Positions 31,966 to 32,000 of a stretch of DNA of 32,000 nucleotides are shown one piece after another. The number at the start of each line of letters is the position of its first letter. Positions within the stretch are counted from its first letter, which is position 1. Origin of the DNA: Propionibacteriaceae bacterium (GTDB lineage Bacteria > Actinomycetota > Actinomycetes > Propionibacteriales > Propionibacteriaceae); the NCBI GenBank assembly GCA_031256725.1, contig JAIRQE010000014.1, forward strand, positions 27,022 to 59,021, in the 5' to 3' direction. A model generated the notes under the pieces. The model was given only the letters and a program-made list of their open reading frames with translations, did no database searches and was not told the origin of the DNA. Made by a program: the position numbers and the translations under genes.

Positions 31966-32000
31966 GGAGGGGTGGATGATGGTGTCTATATTCGGTGTGA
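31966..32000 (+). repeat. Possible further left-arm copy of the nested-hairpin element, cut by the window edge.
   Basis: GGGAGGGGTGGATGATGGTGTCTATATTCGG shares the exact 11-mer GGGAGGGGTGG with 6391-6401 and has a GTCTAT(A)TTC core similar to GTCT(G/A)TTCTGG. The sequence ends before a right arm could be seen. Confidence 0.3.

Overview
The window reads as a gene-dense chromosomal segment of a mid-GC actinobacterium. GC is about 50-55%, judged by eye on sampled lines and not computed. The lineage call is an inference from gene content: a divergent pmt/rsmI pair, DUF4032, msiK, cysS, rlmB and mutAB. I can support 26 protein-coding genes. In order they are: a VTT/DedA-like membrane protein (partial), msiK-type ABC ATPase, a DUF4032 kinase-like protein, cysS, rlmB, a PiT phosphate transporter with an overlapping small membrane ORF, an orphan family-5 solute-binding lipoprotein, pmt, rsmI, a 1236-aa secreted repeat protein, mutA, mutB, an Sfp-type PPTase, a complete streptococcal-order FASII string (fabT-fabH-acpP-fabK-fabD-fabG-fabF-fabZ), dtd, a nucleoside phosphorylase, a DUF1761 protein, and a DGPF/YciI protein with an ECF42-like sigma factor. 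I found no rRNA or tRNA genes, CRISPR array, transposase, integrase or recognisable defence genes. The best candidate for something undescribed is non-coding. It is a ~115-nt nested-hairpin element present as two full copies in opposite orientation (5888-6003 and 29144-29249), plus one or two arm-only copies. Every substitution between the long arms of the two full copies is compensated. Other items worth a second look: (1) G11 and G7 tracts upstream of the large surface protein gene; (2) that protein's Cys-pair modules plus Listeria-Bacteroides repeats, with no canonical anchor; (3) a Lys/Ala-rich histone-like tail on PiT; (4) pmt translationally overlapping a lipoprotein with a Pro/Ser/Thr linker; (5) a candidate FabT operator and an ECF42-type promoter; (6) an exact 18-mer shared by a 25-nt-arm palindrome near msiK and a site after mutB; (7) nested tandem repeats upstream of mutA. 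All family assignments rest on motifs read by eye. No database search was run.
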